This document shows positions 8,284 to 18,852 of a DNA stretch of 40,721 nt, in pieces. Numbering within the stretch: the first letter of the stretch is position 1; every line of letters starts with the position of its first letter. A program made the position numbers and the translations under genes. The notes under the pieces were generated by a model that was not told where the DNA came from, ran no database searches, and saw only the letters and a list, made by a program, of their open reading frames with translations. The DNA is from Candidatus Nanopelagicales bacterium (GTDB taxonomy: Bacteria > Actinomycetota > Actinomycetes > S36-B12 > UBA5976), in NCBI GenBank assembly GCA_038124905.1, contig JAYPCW010000003.1, positions 1-40,721 on the forward strand. The letters run 5' to 3'.

Positions 8284-10782
8284 TTATTCAGCAGCTGTTT
8301 CAACAGTTGGTGGTGAATCCGGCAAACTTGATTGCAATTCGGGAGTGAAGGTGAACGTTCTTGAATCACCCTCGCCCTCGACTGAAACTACGATCAAATT
8401 GCCTGGTAATAATTCACCAAAAAGAATCTTTTCACTTAGCGGATCTTCAATTTCACGTTGAATCGTTCTGCGCAACGGTCTAGCTCCAAGTACTGGGTCA
8501 TAACCTTTAGCCGCAAGCAATTCCTTTGCTGGCGCTGTAAGCACTAGACCCATGTCCTTTTCCTTCAAGCGCTCATCAACCTTGGCGATCATTAGATCAA
8601 CAATCTCGATGATTTCTTTTTCAGTCAACTGGTGGAAGACGATTACATCATCAATACGATTCAAGAATTCAGGCCTAAAGTGTTGTTTTAACTCATCGCT
8701 AACTTTGACCTTCATCTTTTCGTAGTTTGTCTGCTCGCTCTCTCCGGTAGCAAAACCAACGTTTACACCCTTAGAAATATCGCGGCTACCTAGGTTGGTG
8801 GTCATGATAATCACGGTATTTTTGAAGTCGACCATTCTGCCCTGAGCGTCAGTCAAGCGACCATCTTCGAGGATTTGTAGAAGTGAGTTAAAGATGTCGG
8901 GATGAGCCTTCTCAATTTCATCAAATAACACCACGCTGAACGGACGACGACGAACTTTTTCAGTTAATTGGCCGCCTTCTTCATATCCCACATAGCCTGG
9001 AGGCGATCCAAATAATCTTGAAACTGTGTGACGCTCGGCGTATTCGCTCATATCTAGCATGATTAATGAATCTTCATCACCAAATAAGAACTCAGCCAAC
9101 GTCTTAGATAGCTCGGTCTTACCAACACCTGAAGGCCCGGCGAAAATAAATGATCCGCCTGGGCGCTTGGGGTCTTTCATTCCAGCACGAGTGCGACGAA
9201 TGGCTTTGCTGAGCGCTTTGATGGCATCTTCTTGGCCAATAATGCGCTTATGTAATTCCTCTTCCATGTGAAGCAGTCTTTGTGACTCTTCCTGGGTCAG
9301 TTTGGTAACTGGCACCCCAGTACTCATTGCCAAAACTTCAGCAATTAAATCTTCATCAACCTCAGCTACCGTGTCGAGGTCTCCAGCTTTCCACTCGCGC
9401 TCCCGCTCGTTTTTTTCAGTGATTAACGTGCGCTCTTTGTCTCTAAGTGAAGCGGCTTTTTCGAAATCCTGAGAATCAATTGCGCTTTCTTTTTCTTTAC
9501 GAACTTCCGCAATGCGATCATCAAATTCACGCAAATCTGGTGGTGCACTTAGCCTACGAATTCTAAGTCTGGCCCCAGCCTCATCAATTAGGTCAATTGC
9601 CTTATCTGGCAATTGACGATCGTTAATGTAGCGATCTGCCAAGGTTGCTGCAGACACCAAAGCGGCATCGGTGATGGTTACTTTGTGATGCTGTTCGTAA
9701 CGATCTCTTAAACCCTTGAGAATTTCGATGGCATGCGAAACGCTTGGCTCTTGAACCTGAATTGGTTGGAACCTGCGCTCTAACGCAGCATCTTTTTCTA
9801 CATATTTACGGTATTCGTCGAGCGTGGTTGCTCCAATGGTTTGCAGTTCTCCGCGAGCAAGCATTGGTTTTAAAATGCTGGCGGCGTCAATTGCGCCTTC
9901 AGCTGCGCCGGCGCCAACTAGTGTGTGCATTTCATCAATGAACAAAATAATGTCACCCCGAGTGCGAATTTCTTTCAATACTTTCTTTAATCTTTCTTCA
10001 AAGTCACCGCGATAACGAGATCCAGCAACCAACGCACCCAAATCTAAGGTGTAAAGCTGCTTATCTTTTAGCATCTCAGGCACTTCACCGCGCACGATCA
10101 TTTGGGCTAAACCTTCAACTACTGCGGTCTTACCAACGCCTGGTTCGCCAATTAACACCGGATTATTTTTAGTGCGGCGAGAGAGCACCTGCATCACACG
10201 CTCAATTTCAGTAGTTCTACCAATTACTGGGTCTAACTTTCCTTCTCTGGCGGCTACTGTTAAATTGCGCCCAAATTGATCCAAAACCAAAGAAGTAGAA
10301 GGAGTTCCTTCTGCAGGAGCACCTGCAGTTAATGGCTCCTTACCGGTGTAACCCGAGAGCAATTGAATTACTTGCTGACGAACCCGATTGAGATCCGCAC
10401 CCAATTTCACTAAAACTTGAGCTGCTACCCCTTCGCCTTCGCGAATTAGGCCCAAAAGAATATGTTCAGTGCCTATGTAATTGTGGCCGAGTTGAAGGGC
10501 TTCTCGTAATGAGAGCTCCAAGACTTTCTTGGCTCTCGGGGTAAAAGGAATATGGCCAGAAGGAGCTTGTTGACCTTGGCCGATGATTTCTTCTACTTGG
10601 CTACGAACTGACTCAAGTGAAACATTTAAAGCTTCGAGAGATTTAGCGGCAACACCTTCACCTTCGTGGATTAAGCCCAAAAGGATGTGTTCGGTGCCAA
10701 TGTAATTGTGATTGAGCATGCGAGCTTCTTCTTGGGCCAAAACCACCACACGACGGGCTCTATCAGTAAATCGCTCAAACAT
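8284..10782 (-). CDS. clpC: ATP-dependent Clp protease ATPase subunit ClpC (ClpC1)
   Basis: [21 protein letters not shown], two Clp-N repeats, Walker A GEPGVGKT and GPSGVGKT. Confidence 0.98.
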   Translation of the reverse strand: MFERFTDRARRVVVLAQEEARMLNHNYIGTEHILLGLIHEGEGVAAKSLEALNVSLESVRSQVEEIIGQGQQAPSGHIPFTPRAKKVLELSLREALQLGHNYIGTEHILLGLIREGEGVAAQVLVKLGADLNRVRQQVIQLLSGYTGKEPLTAGAPAEGTPSTSLVLDQFGRNLTVAAREGKLDPVIGRTTEIERVMQVLSRRTKNNPVLIGEPGVGKTAVVEGLAQMIVRGEVPEMLKDKQLYTLDLGALVAGSRYRGDFEERLKKVLKEIRTRGDIILFIDEMHTLVGAGAAEGAIDAASILKPMLARGELQTIGATTLDEYRKYVEKDAALERRFQPIQVQEPSVSHAIEILKGLRDRYEQHHKVTITDAALVSAATLADRYINDRQLPDKAIDLIDEAGARLRIRRLSAPPDLREFDDRIAEVRKEKESAIDSQDFEKAASLRDKERTLITEKNEREREWKAGDLDTVAEVDEDLIAEVLAMSTGVPVTKLTQEESQRLLHMEEELHKRIIGQEDAIKALSKAIRRTRAGMKDPKRPGGSFIFAGPSGVGKTELSKTLAEFLFGDEDSLIMLDMSEYAERHTVSRLFGSPPGYVGYEEGGQLTEKVRRRPFSVVLFDEIEKAHPDIFNSLLQILEDGRLTDAQGRMVDFKNTVIIMTTNLGSRDISKGVNVGFATGESEQTNYEKMKVKVSDELKQHFRPEFLNRIDDVIVFHQLTEKEIIEIVDLMIAKVDERLKEKDMGLVLTAPAKELLAAKGYDPVLGARPLRRTIQREIEDPLSEKILFGELLPGNLIVVSVEGEGDSRTFTFTPELQSSLPDSPPTVETAAE

Positions 10783-10867
10783 CACTTACTCCATAGGTTT
10801 TCATCTCTAAGGCTTTCCAGTTTACGACCAAAGCCCCACCCCTCGCATTTTGAGAGTCATCTAGGAG

Positions 10868-10893
10868 AACTGGGCATTTGGGGTAAATATTCC
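10868..10893 (-). promoter_or_regulatory. SigR/SigH-type ECF sigma promoter for clpC
   Basis: Minus strand GGAAT-atttaccccaaatgccca(18 nt)-GTT, the actinobacterial thiol-stress consensus. clpC is an established member of this regulon. Confidence 0.75.
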
Positions 10894-10919
10894 CCGATTT
10901 TTGAGAACTAACTCTGCCA

Positions 10920-10925
10920 TAGGCT
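10920..10925 (+). promoter_or_regulatory. -10 element of a probable leaderless ppc transcript
   Basis: TAGGCT, then 6 nt, then ATG 10932. Confidence 0.65.
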
Positions 10926-10931
10926 AAGGGC

Positions 10932-13646
10932 ATGTCCGAAGCCCCAGATTTAACCACCGAATTACGCTCGGCAATTCGAAGACTGGGGTCTTTGTTAGGC
11001 CAATCTTTGGTCCGTCAAGAAGGCGAGCAGTTACTAAATTTAGTAGAGCAAATTCGCAATCTCACAAAAAATGATCCAAAAGCTGCGGCTGGAGTACTTG
11101 ATCGCACCGACTTGGATTCGGCCATAAAACTTGCTCGAGCTTTTTCAACTTATTTTCACCTAGCTAACATCACGGAGCAGGTTTATCGCATAAAAGAACT
11201 TCAAACTCAAAAAGTAACTAGCGGTGGTTGGCTTTGGAGAACTGCAAAAAAAATAGAAGCAGCTGGCATAGATCAAGCCACCTTAGAAACAGCCTTTGCA
11301 AATTTGCGAGTCAGGCCGGTTTTCACTGCCCACCCAACTGAAGCTTCACGTCGTTCGGTCTTGTTAAAGCTCAAGAGAATAGCTGAACTTTTGAACAATC
11401 CTGAAGCAGAAGATGACCAATTTTCAGAAATCATTGATTTACTCTGGCAGACCGATGAATTACGGTTAGAGCAACCTGAAGTAATCGATGAGGCGCGCAA
11501 CGCCATGAATTATTTGGATGATGCGGTTGCTGGTCCATTAATGGATGTTTTAGAAAATTTAGTTAAAGTAGCTAAACATTTAAATGTTTCAGAGGATCAC
11601 TTAAGCCAACCGCTAACTTTTGGATCATGGATTGGCGGAGATCGAGATGGCAACCCCTTCGTAACGCCAGAAGTAACTTTAAACGTTTTGACCCTCCAGC
11701 GCGGACACGCAATCAGGGATCTCAAAGCATTAATTAAACGCTTGGCAGAGGACTTATCAATTTCAGATCGCATCTCCCCTGCAATTGCTGAGTTGTGGGA
11801 TTCTGTTGAAAAAGATTTAGTTAAACTCACAGATCTTGATCCTCGCCTAAAGAGAATTAATGCTGAAGAACCATTTCGTTTAAAACTTTCAGCCATCAGC
11901 AACCGGCTTGAAGCAACTCGTAAAAGATTTGCCAATAAAGAAGCACATAAACCTGGGGTGGACTACCCCTCAAAAGTAGAGTTACTGTCAGATTTGCAAA
12001 CGCTGGCAGATGCGTTAGATACCGAGCGCACCCAATTAGTAGCTAATGGCTTATTTGCCCGCGCTCATCGTGCAATAAAAGCTGTGGGATTACAACTGGC
12101 TACATTAGACGTGAGAGAACATTCAAATAAGCATCATGCAGCTCTAGCGCCATTGATAGACCGCGCACAAATCTCAAATAAACCATATTTAGAACTTTCT
12201 GCAGCTGAAAAATTTTCTTTGCTTGCAAAAGAACTAGATTCACCACGGCCGTTAGCTTCATCGCCTCACGCCTTACCGGACCTAGATACCGCAAAGACTT
12301 ATCAAACATTTGCTTCCATAAATGAGGCTCTAGAAAACTTTGGCCCCGATGTCATTGAAACTTATATAGTTTCAATGACTAAGGGCCCAGAAGATCTGCT
12401 AGCTGCAGTCGTTCTTGCTAAAGAAACCGGGTTAGTGGACTTGCCTGAAAGAATTGCAAAGCTAGATTTTGTCCCACTGCTAGAGACGGTTGATGAATTA
12501 AGAAATGCGGGCGAAATCCTTGAGGCACTTTTATCTACTCCGGCATATCGAGTCCTGGTTTCGTTACGAGGAAACCTACAAGAAGTCATGCTGGGTTATT
12601 CAGATTCCAACAAAGACGCTGGAATTACTACCAGCCAATGGGAAATCCACTTAGCGCAAAGAAAACTCCGCGATGTGGCAAAAGCTCATGGAGTTCGCTT
12701 AAGAATTTTTCACTGTCGTGGTGGCACAGTTGGTCGTGGCGGTGGTCATACTCATGATGCAATTTTGTCAATGCCCTGGGGTGTGGTTGATGGTGATATT
12801 AAATTAACTGAGCAGGGTGAAGTCATAAGTGACAAGTACTTATTGCCACAGCTTGCCAGAGAAAATTTAGAGCTGCTAGTTGCAGCAACTCTGGAAGCAA
12901 CTGTGTTGCATGCAGAGCCTAGAGAACAGATCGATCGTATTAATCGCTGGAACCCAGTAATGGATGCAATTAGTATCGCAGCACAAGAAAAATATTATTC
13001 CTTAGTCAGGCATGAAGATCTCCCTGAGTATTTTTCACTCTCAACTCCTGTTGAGCAATTAGCTGGCCTGCATTTAGGGTCCCGCCCAGCAAAAAGGCCT
13101 GATCAAAAACAAGATTTAGCCTCCCTAAGAGCCATTCCTTGGGTTTTTGGTTGGACTCAGTCTCGTCAAATTGTTCCTGGTTGGTTTGGCGTTGGCACAG
13201 GCTTATCAAGCATTAAAAATGATCCTGAAAAACTAGAAATCGTTCGTGAAATGTACCAAGCTTGGCCATTTTTTCAAAATTTCTTATCGAACGTCGCTAT
13301 GACACTAGCTAAGACTGATCTGGCTGTAGCTGAACATTATGTACAACAGCTGGTACCAGAGAACCTCCATCATTTCTTTGAAACAATCAAGGCAGAACAT
13401 TCACTAACTATCCAAGAAATATTGTCTTTAACAGGTGAGAAAGAACTTTTAGAAAATCAGTCCGTGCTAAAAAATACTTTGGCTGTAAGGGATAACTACT
13501 TACTACCATTGCAATTTTTACAGGTCTCGCTGCTTAGAAAAGTTCGTGAATTACAAAATAATTCTGAAGCTGTTGATCCACTTTTAAGAAGAACTCTTCT
13601 ACTAACGATTAACGGTATTGCAACTGGATTAAGAAATACTGGTTGA
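10932..13646 (+). CDS. ppc: Phosphoenolpyruvate carboxylase
   Basis: VFTAHPTE, SWIGGDRDGNP, QEVMLGYSDSNKDAG, LRAIPWVFGWTQSR, C-terminal GLRNTG. Confidence 0.97.
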   Translation: MSEAPDLTTELRSAIRRLGSLLGQSLVRQEGEQLLNLVEQIRNLTKNDPKAAAGVLDRTDLDSAIKLARAFSTYFHLANITEQVYRIKELQTQKVTSGGWLWRTAKKIEAAGIDQATLETAFANLRVRPVFTAHPTEASRRSVLLKLKRIAELLNNPEAEDDQFSEIIDLLWQTDELRLEQPEVIDEARNAMNYLDDAVAGPLMDVLENLVKVAKHLNVSEDHLSQPLTFGSWIGGDRDGNPFVTPEVTLNVLTLQRGHAIRDLKALIKRLAEDLSISDRISPAIAELWDSVEKDLVKLTDLDPRLKRINAEEPFRLKLSAISNRLEATRKRFANKEAHKPGVDYPSKVELLSDLQTLADALDTERTQLVANGLFARAHRAIKAVGLQLATLDVREHSNKHHAALAPLIDRAQISNKPYLELSAAEKFSLLAKELDSPRPLASSPHALPDLDTAKTYQTFASINEALENFGPDVIETYIVSMTKGPEDLLAAVVLAKETGLVDLPERIAKLDFVPLLETVDELRNAGEILEALLSTPAYRVLVSLRGNLQEVMLGYSDSNKDAGITTSQWEIHLAQRKLRDVAKAHGVRLRIFHCRGGTVGRGGGHTHDAILSMPWGVVDGDIKLTEQGEVISDKYLLPQLARENLELLVAATLEATVLHAEPREQIDRINRWNPVMDAISIAAQEKYYSLVRHEDLPEYFSLSTPVEQLAGLHLGSRPAKRPDQKQDLASLRAIPWVFGWTQSRQIVPGWFGVGTGLSSIKNDPEKLEIVREMYQAWPFFQNFLSNVAMTLAKTDLAVAEHYVQQLVPENLHHFFETIKAEHSLTIQEILSLTGEKELLENQSVLKNTLAVRDNYLLPLQFLQVSLLRKVRELQNNSEAVDPLLRRTLLLTINGIATGLRNTG

Positions 13647-15512
13647 TTTAGTTTTTTCTAAAATTTGCTTTGCAATTTTTTCTGCAGTTAATCCAAATTG
13701 CTTCAAAATACTATTTCGCTTGGCATGGTCAATAAATTTGGTGGGTAACCCAAATTGAATGCTACTCCAAGTTGGTTGAATTTCTCTCAAGAAATTTGAA
13801 ATCGCAGATCCCACTCCACCATTCTTGATTCCATCTTCAATGCTGACAAAATGGGTAAATCTATGCGCGAGCTCAATCAAGTCTTGATTAACCGGCTTAA
13901 CCCAACGCGGGTCCACAACTGTAGCTTTAAAACCCTGTAATTCAAGCAACTTTGCGGTTTCGATCGCAAGTTGCGCCATCGGGCCAACAGAAACTATCAA
14001 CACGTCGCCGTTTTCATTGCCATGCAAAATATCTAAAGATTTGTATTTGCTGTTCGCCTCTACCGCTTCGGTCAGCGCTCCTTTTGGAAACCTCACCACA
14101 CTTGGCGCATCTGCAATCTTTATCGCTTCTTGCAAGGCCAAGCGCAAGGTGTTTTCATCTCTCGGTGCAGCCAAGTGCAAGTTCGGAACAATTTGTAACA
14201 ATGACAAATCCCACATTCCGTTGTGGCTAGCGCCGTCATCGCCAGTTACTCCCGCTCGATCCAAAACAAAAGTTACTCCCGCATTATGTAGTGCAACATC
14301 CATAAGTAGTTGATCAAAAGCTCTATTTAAAAATGTCGAATAAATCGCAACTACTGGATGCAAGCCGGCATATGCCATTCCCGCGGCGCTAGTTGCGGCA
14401 TGCTGCTCAGCGATCCCCACGTCAAACAAGCGATGTGGGTAAATTTCTTTGAATTTATCTAATCCAGTTGGACCCAGCATGGCTGCTGTCATTGCTACCA
14501 CCTGCTGATTATTTTTTGCGATCTCGACAATCTCTTCACTAAAAACTTGAGTCCAAGTTCTTCCACTATTTTGTATTGGTAAACCTGTTTCTTGATTTAC
14601 AATTCCTACGGCATGAAAACGTTCAGCCTCATCGTCTTCGGCAGGCTTATAGCCTCTACCTTTTTCAGTAATTACATGAACGATGACTGGATGGTCATAT
14701 TCCTTGGCACGATTAAAAGCAAATTCCAACTCCGTAATATCGTGTCCGTCAATCGGTCCGATATATTTCAAACCTAAATCTTCAAATAAGCCTTGCGGGG
14801 CAACAATGTCCTTAATCCCCTTTTTCATTCCGTGCAAGGCATCAAAAATTGGTTTACCTGCACTTGTTTTTACTAAAATATCTTTGCCCCACTCTAAAAA
14901 CTTTTCATATCCTTTTGTGGTTCTCAAAGTAAGTAAGTGATGTGCGAGCCCGCCAATTGTGGGTGAATAAGATCTGCCATTGTCGTTTACCACAATTACT
15001 AAAGGTCTATTTGGAGCATCTGCAATATTGTTTAAAGCTTCCCAAGTCATTCCGCCAGTTAAGGCGCCATCACCGACCACTGCAATTACATGCCGCTCAT
15101 GGCTCTCACCGAATTGCTCAAATGCTTTAGCAATCCCATCTGCATAAGAAAGAGCGGTTGAGGCATGAGAGTTCTCAACTACGTCATGAATACTTTCTGC
15201 TCTACTTGGATAGCCAGATAAACCATTTTCTTGCCGTAGGGAATCAAAGTCTTTTGCTCTACCAGTCAAAATTTTATGCACGTAAGATTGATGGCCGGTA
15301 TCAAAAACCATTACATCCTTGGGTGAGTCAAAAACTCTATGCAAGGCAATTGTTAACTCAACTACACCTAAATTTGGCCCAAGGTGTCCACCGGTTTGGG
15401 TAACCTTCTCAATTAGGAATTTACGAATCTCTTCAGCTAATTGAGGCAATTTTTGCTCATCCAAGGCCTTCAAAACCTCAGGTGAGGTTAAGCCATTCAG
15501 CAATCCGCGCAC
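13629..15512 (-). CDS. dxs: 1-deoxy-D-xylulose-5-phosphate synthase
   Basis: GGHLGPNLGVVELT, DTGHQSYVHKILTGR, GDGALTGG...N ThDP motif, DVGIAEQHA, DRAG. Confidence 0.97.
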   Translation of the reverse strand: MRGLLNGLTSPEVLKALDEQKLPQLAEEIRKFLIEKVTQTGGHLGPNLGVVELTIALHRVFDSPKDVMVFDTGHQSYVHKILTGRAKDFDSLRQENGLSGYPSRAESIHDVVENSHASTALSYADGIAKAFEQFGESHERHVIAVVGDGALTGGMTWEALNNIADAPNRPLVIVVNDNGRSYSPTIGGLAHHLLTLRTTKGYEKFLEWGKDILVKTSAGKPIFDALHGMKKGIKDIVAPQGLFEDLGLKYIGPIDGHDITELEFAFNRAKEYDHPVIVHVITEKGRGYKPAEDDEAERFHAVGIVNQETGLPIQNSGRTWTQVFSEEIVEIAKNNQQVVAMTAAMLGPTGLDKFKEIYPHRLFDVGIAEQHAATSAAGMAYAGLHPVVAIYSTFLNRAFDQLLMDVALHNAGVTFVLDRAGVTGDDGASHNGMWDLSLLQIVPNLHLAAPRDENTLRLALQEAIKIADAPSVVRFPKGALTEAVEANSKYKSLDILHGNENGDVLIVSVGPMAQLAIETAKLLELQGFKATVVDPRWVKPVNQDLIELAHRFTHFVSIEDGIKNGGVGSAISNFLREIQPTWSSIQFGLPTKFIDHAKRNSILKQFGLTAEKIAKQILEKTKSTSIS

Positions 15513-15588
15513 TCTATTCGCCTCGTTCTACATATATACAGTCTGGATAACTCTTTAATCTATCGCCTGGGCCAAAATTGTGCTAATT

Positions 15589-16863
15589 TCACGTTACTTT
15601 GCCTGCAGAATCTCCTAGTTTTTGCCATTTACCACTGGCTGCATAATCTCTAATGCGCTCAAATCCAATGAAAACCTCTTCGTAACTGTTTATCAGCGGT
15701 GAAATTGCCACGCGCAAGCAATTAGGAACCCGGTAGTCAGGAACTAATTTCATTTCCTCTCTTAAACCGCGGGCAATTTTTTCGGCATGGGGGTGGTAGA
15801 GCGAAATATGCCCACCTCTCTTATTTGCGTCCCTCGGGGTAACCAACTCAAATCCCAAAGGCTTGAGCCATTCATCATGAAGTTGAATCATTAGGTCTGT
15901 GCCAATTTGTGCCTTTTTATTTATTTCTTTCAAAGTAGCTGCTTTGATCATCTCAAAACTAGTCTTTACACAGCGAAGGCCGATTATCGAAGGGCTCGCT
16001 ATTTGAAAACCTCTCATGCCTGAGGCTCGACTAAAATCTTGCCCCATATTGAATTGATCCTTTTGAGCAAACCAGCCTTGAATTGGCATTTCTAACTTTT
16101 CTTGTGCACTTTTTGACACATACATCCACGCAGGTGCGCCCGGCCCAGAGTTTCCGTATTTGTAAGTACAGCCAACTGCAAAGTCAACGCTTGAACTTTC
16201 ATATTGAATATCAACTACGCCAACTGCATGACTCGCATCCCACACGAAAGGAATGCCTTTCGACCTGGCGACTTCACCAAGTGCCACAACATCATGCAGA
16301 GCGCCAGATCTATAGTTCACTTGCGAGAGCGTTATGCAGGCAACTGAGTCATCTAAATAATTACTCAAAATTTCTGGCGTCACTAATTCGTCACTAATTC
16401 TATTCGGCAAAATTTCATTATCGATTAGTCTTATTTCTAAATTAAATTCTTTAGCTATTCCTTGCAACACATATCTATCTGTTGGAAAGTTAGCGCTATC
16501 AGTAACTAAGACTTTTTTACCTGGTCTTAAAGAAATTGCTGCTTTTATCAATCTATAAAAATTAACGCTTACCGTATCCATTACCAATACTTGCCCAGAC
16601 GCTGCACCTAATGCAGCTTCACCTAGTAAGTCGCCTACTTTTTCAGCTTCATCAATCCAATCTGCCCAACCTGCTACAACTTTTTTTCCCCACTCATCAA
16701 ATAGGAATCTATTAATTTCTGCAACCGTTGATTTTGGCAGACGACCAAGTGAGTTTCCATCTAGGTAGCAGGTAGCTGTCTCTGGGATTAAAAACTCATT
16801 GCGGTACCCACTTAAGGGGTCATTGGAATCTAAATCTTTTACATCATCTTTCGTTAGCATCAT
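15589..16863 (-). CDS. kynU: Kynureninase
   Basis: YLDGNSLGRLP, NFPTDRYV, WDASHAVG, VGCTYKYGNSGPGAP (PLP lysine), RGGH, DYR. Confidence 0.93.
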   Translation of the reverse strand: MMLTKDDVKDLDSNDPLSGYRNEFLIPETATCYLDGNSLGRLPKSTVAEINRFLFDEWGKKVVAGWADWIDEAEKVGDLLGEAALGAASGQVLVMDTVSVNFYRLIKAAISLRPGKKVLVTDSANFPTDRYVLQGIAKEFNLEIRLIDNEILPNRISDELVTPEILSNYLDDSVACITLSQVNYRSGALHDVVALGEVARSKGIPFVWDASHAVGVVDIQYESSSVDFAVGCTYKYGNSGPGAPAWMYVSKSAQEKLEMPIQGWFAQKDQFNMGQDFSRASGMRGFQIASPSIIGLRCVKTSFEMIKAATLKEINKKAQIGTDLMIQLHDEWLKPLGFELVTPRDANKRGGHISLYHPHAEKIARGLREEMKLVPDYRVPNCLRVAISPLINSYEEVFIGFERIRDYAASGKWQKLGDSAGKVT

Positions 16864-16875
16864 ATGTAATTCTAG

Positions 16876-16890
16876 TGTTAATCTTTAACA
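16876..16890. promoter_or_regulatory. Candidate TetR operator between kynU and tetR-kynA
   Basis: Inverted repeat TGTTAA-TCT-TTAACA abutting the kynU -10 (TAGAAT, minus strand 16874-16869). Confidence 0.45.
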
Positions 16891-16961
16891 ATAAGTGATA
16901 CTATAAGGGTCTAATATTCAAGCCTATATATTCAGCTACGCTTTGCACTAGGGGGATTTAT

Positions 16962-17582
16962 TTGCTGCGCACAGTTGCACCTGAAATGCACCAAACAAAA
17001 AAAGCACTACTGGACACTGTTTTACAACTTTTAGAATCAAAACCAGCAGATCAAATTGCCATTGATGAAGTCTTGCAAGTATCAGGAATTTCAAAAGGTT
17101 CGCTCTACCATCACTATGAAGATTATCCAGATTTAGTTGAAGATGCTTTAGTGTTTCGCTATGCAAGATATGTTGATTTGAGCATGGATTTAATGGGGCC
17201 CATTTTAAGTGAGCCAAAGAATAAATCAGAATTTTTTGAATCATTAAAAGTTTTAACTAGGAAAACCCAATCTGATAAAAATGCTCGAAACCGGCAAGAG
17301 CGCGCAGAATTACTTGGACAAGCAGGACACAACGAAAGACTGAAACGAAAACTTGGATCTGAACAACAACGCCTTACTGACGAGTTAAACTCATACATGC
17401 AACTTGCGGTAGACAAAGGATTTTTTGATGAATCTCTTGACACAGAGGCAGCAGCGCTGTTTATTCAGACATATACACTCGGTTTAATTCTAAATGACAT
17501 TGCCGAATTTCCTTTAGAGAAAGAACGTTGGAACGAACATATTGACCGCGTGCTAAGTATGGCGTTCATATCAAAAAGTTAA
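16962..17582 (+). CDS. TetR/AcrR-family transcriptional regulator
   Basis: N-terminal HTH IAIDEVLQVSGISKGSLYHHY; helical C-terminal domain. Confidence 0.88.
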   Translation: MLRTVAPEMHQTKKALLDTVLQLLESKPADQIAIDEVLQVSGISKGSLYHHYEDYPDLVEDALVFRYARYVDLSMDLMGPILSEPKNKSEFFESLKVLTRKTQSDKNARNRQERAELLGQAGHNERLKRKLGSEQQRLTDELNSYMQLAVDKGFFDESLDTEAAALFIQTYTLGLILNDIAEFPLEKERWNEHIDRVLSMAFISKS

Positions 17583-17583
17583 T

Positions 17584-18387
17584 ATGGAAAATCTTGATAC
17601 CTCGAAAGCTGTTACCTATAGTAATTACTTAAGAGTTTCGGAGCTCTTAAACCTTCAAATCCCTCTTTCCGATGGCCCGGAACACGATGAATTGTTATTT
17701 ATTGTGATACATCAAACTTACGAATTATGGTTTAAGCAATTAATTCATGAATTTGATCGGGTATTTTTACTTATGAAAAATTTAGATTTATATGCGACTC
17801 TGGCTACTTTAAGCAGAATTCGTACAATTTACAAAACTTTAGTTGCTCAGATTGACATTTTAGAAACTATGACACCTGTGCAATTCAATACCTTCAGATC
17901 TAGACTGGAATCTGCCAGCGGCTTTCAATCTGCCCAATTTAGAGAAGTTGAGGTAATACTGGGTAGGCGTGATCGTCAGGCAATTAGTCACTTACCGCAA
18001 AATGAGCAAATAACTTTGAGAATTAGCGATCGAATGAAACGGCCCAGCGTTTGGGATGCAACGTTAAATTTTCTATCTAGAAAAAATTTTAAGGTACCAA
18101 GTGAAATACTAAATCGAAATGTTTCTGAACCCTATGTTCCAAACGAAAAAATAGAAATTGTCCTAGAAGAAATTTATAAAAATAATCCTGACGTTGCCTT
18201 GCTGTTTGAAAAGCTAATAGATATTGACGAAGGCCAACAAGAGTGGCGTTATCGACACGTAAAAATGGTAGAAAGAACCATTGGGAGAAAATCTGGCACC
18301 GGCGGATCAAGCGGAGCAAAATATTTATCCAGCACGCTATTTAATCCAATGTTTCCAGAACTATGGCAAGTGAGAAGTCGACTTTAA
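17584..18387 (+). CDS. kynA: Tryptophan 2,3-dioxygenase
   Basis: HDELLFIVIHQTYELWFKQ, LETMTP, ASGFQSAQFR, WRYRHVKMVERTIG, GTGGS loop. Confidence 0.95.
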   Translation: MENLDTSKAVTYSNYLRVSELLNLQIPLSDGPEHDELLFIVIHQTYELWFKQLIHEFDRVFLLMKNLDLYATLATLSRIRTIYKTLVAQIDILETMTPVQFNTFRSRLESASGFQSAQFREVEVILGRRDRQAISHLPQNEQITLRISDRMKRPSVWDATLNFLSRKNFKVPSEILNRNVSEPYVPNEKIEIVLEEIYKNNPDVALLFEKLIDIDEGQQEWRYRHVKMVERTIGRKSGTGGSSGAKYLSSTLFNPMFPELWQVRSRL

Positions 18388-18831
18388 TTATTTCGAGTAT
18401 TTTTTAGGTACTACTGCCAAGGCATAAACCACCCACATCGCTAGATAAGCGGGGTTAGAGGCATAGAAATACGGTCGAACTTGCCAGGTGGCAACTAGCC
18501 ATAAAGTTAGGCTTAAAAAAATTCCAGCGGTAGCAGCAAGAAACTTAGCCCTGCCAATCAGTGTTAAAAAGCCAATAGTTAATTCAATTAAAATTATCAA
18601 AATACCAAACAAGACAGAATTGTCGATCACAATTGATAAATATGAGCTAACTGGAGAAATTTGACTAAATGCTTCAACCTGAGCCCTCAACGAAGTTGGT
18701 TCTTCAGGTTGTAAAAAGCCCTCATCTAAAATTTTATAAATTCCGGCATAAAGGAAGGTCCCACCAAGAAAAAGTCTTAAGGCTCGAATTGCTGGGATTT
18801 GCCTTTTATAAGAACTTAAAAGCGAGCTAAT
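18388..18831 (-). CDS. DoxX / TQO small-subunit-like membrane protein; probable ATT start
   Basis: The frame stays open upstream of the track TTG (18690) and encodes the family N-terminus LRLFLGGTFLYAGIYKILDEGF; later ELTIGFLTLIG and WQVRPYFY. Upstream context is GGGAGG, 6 nt, ATT. Confidence 0.78.
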   Translation of the reverse strand: MSSLLSSYKRQIPAIRALRLFLGGTFLYAGIYKILDEGFLQPEEPTSLRAQVEAFSQISPVSSYLSIVIDNSVLFGILIILIELTIGFLTLIGRAKFLAATAGIFLSLTLWLVATWQVRPYFYASNPAYLAMWVVYALAVVPKKYSK

Positions 18832-18852
18832 TTTTAACCTCCCAGGAATTAG

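Noticed and set aside
13629-13646. 18-bp convergent overlap of ppc and dxs
   Set aside because: Common in compact genomes; no sign of a function.
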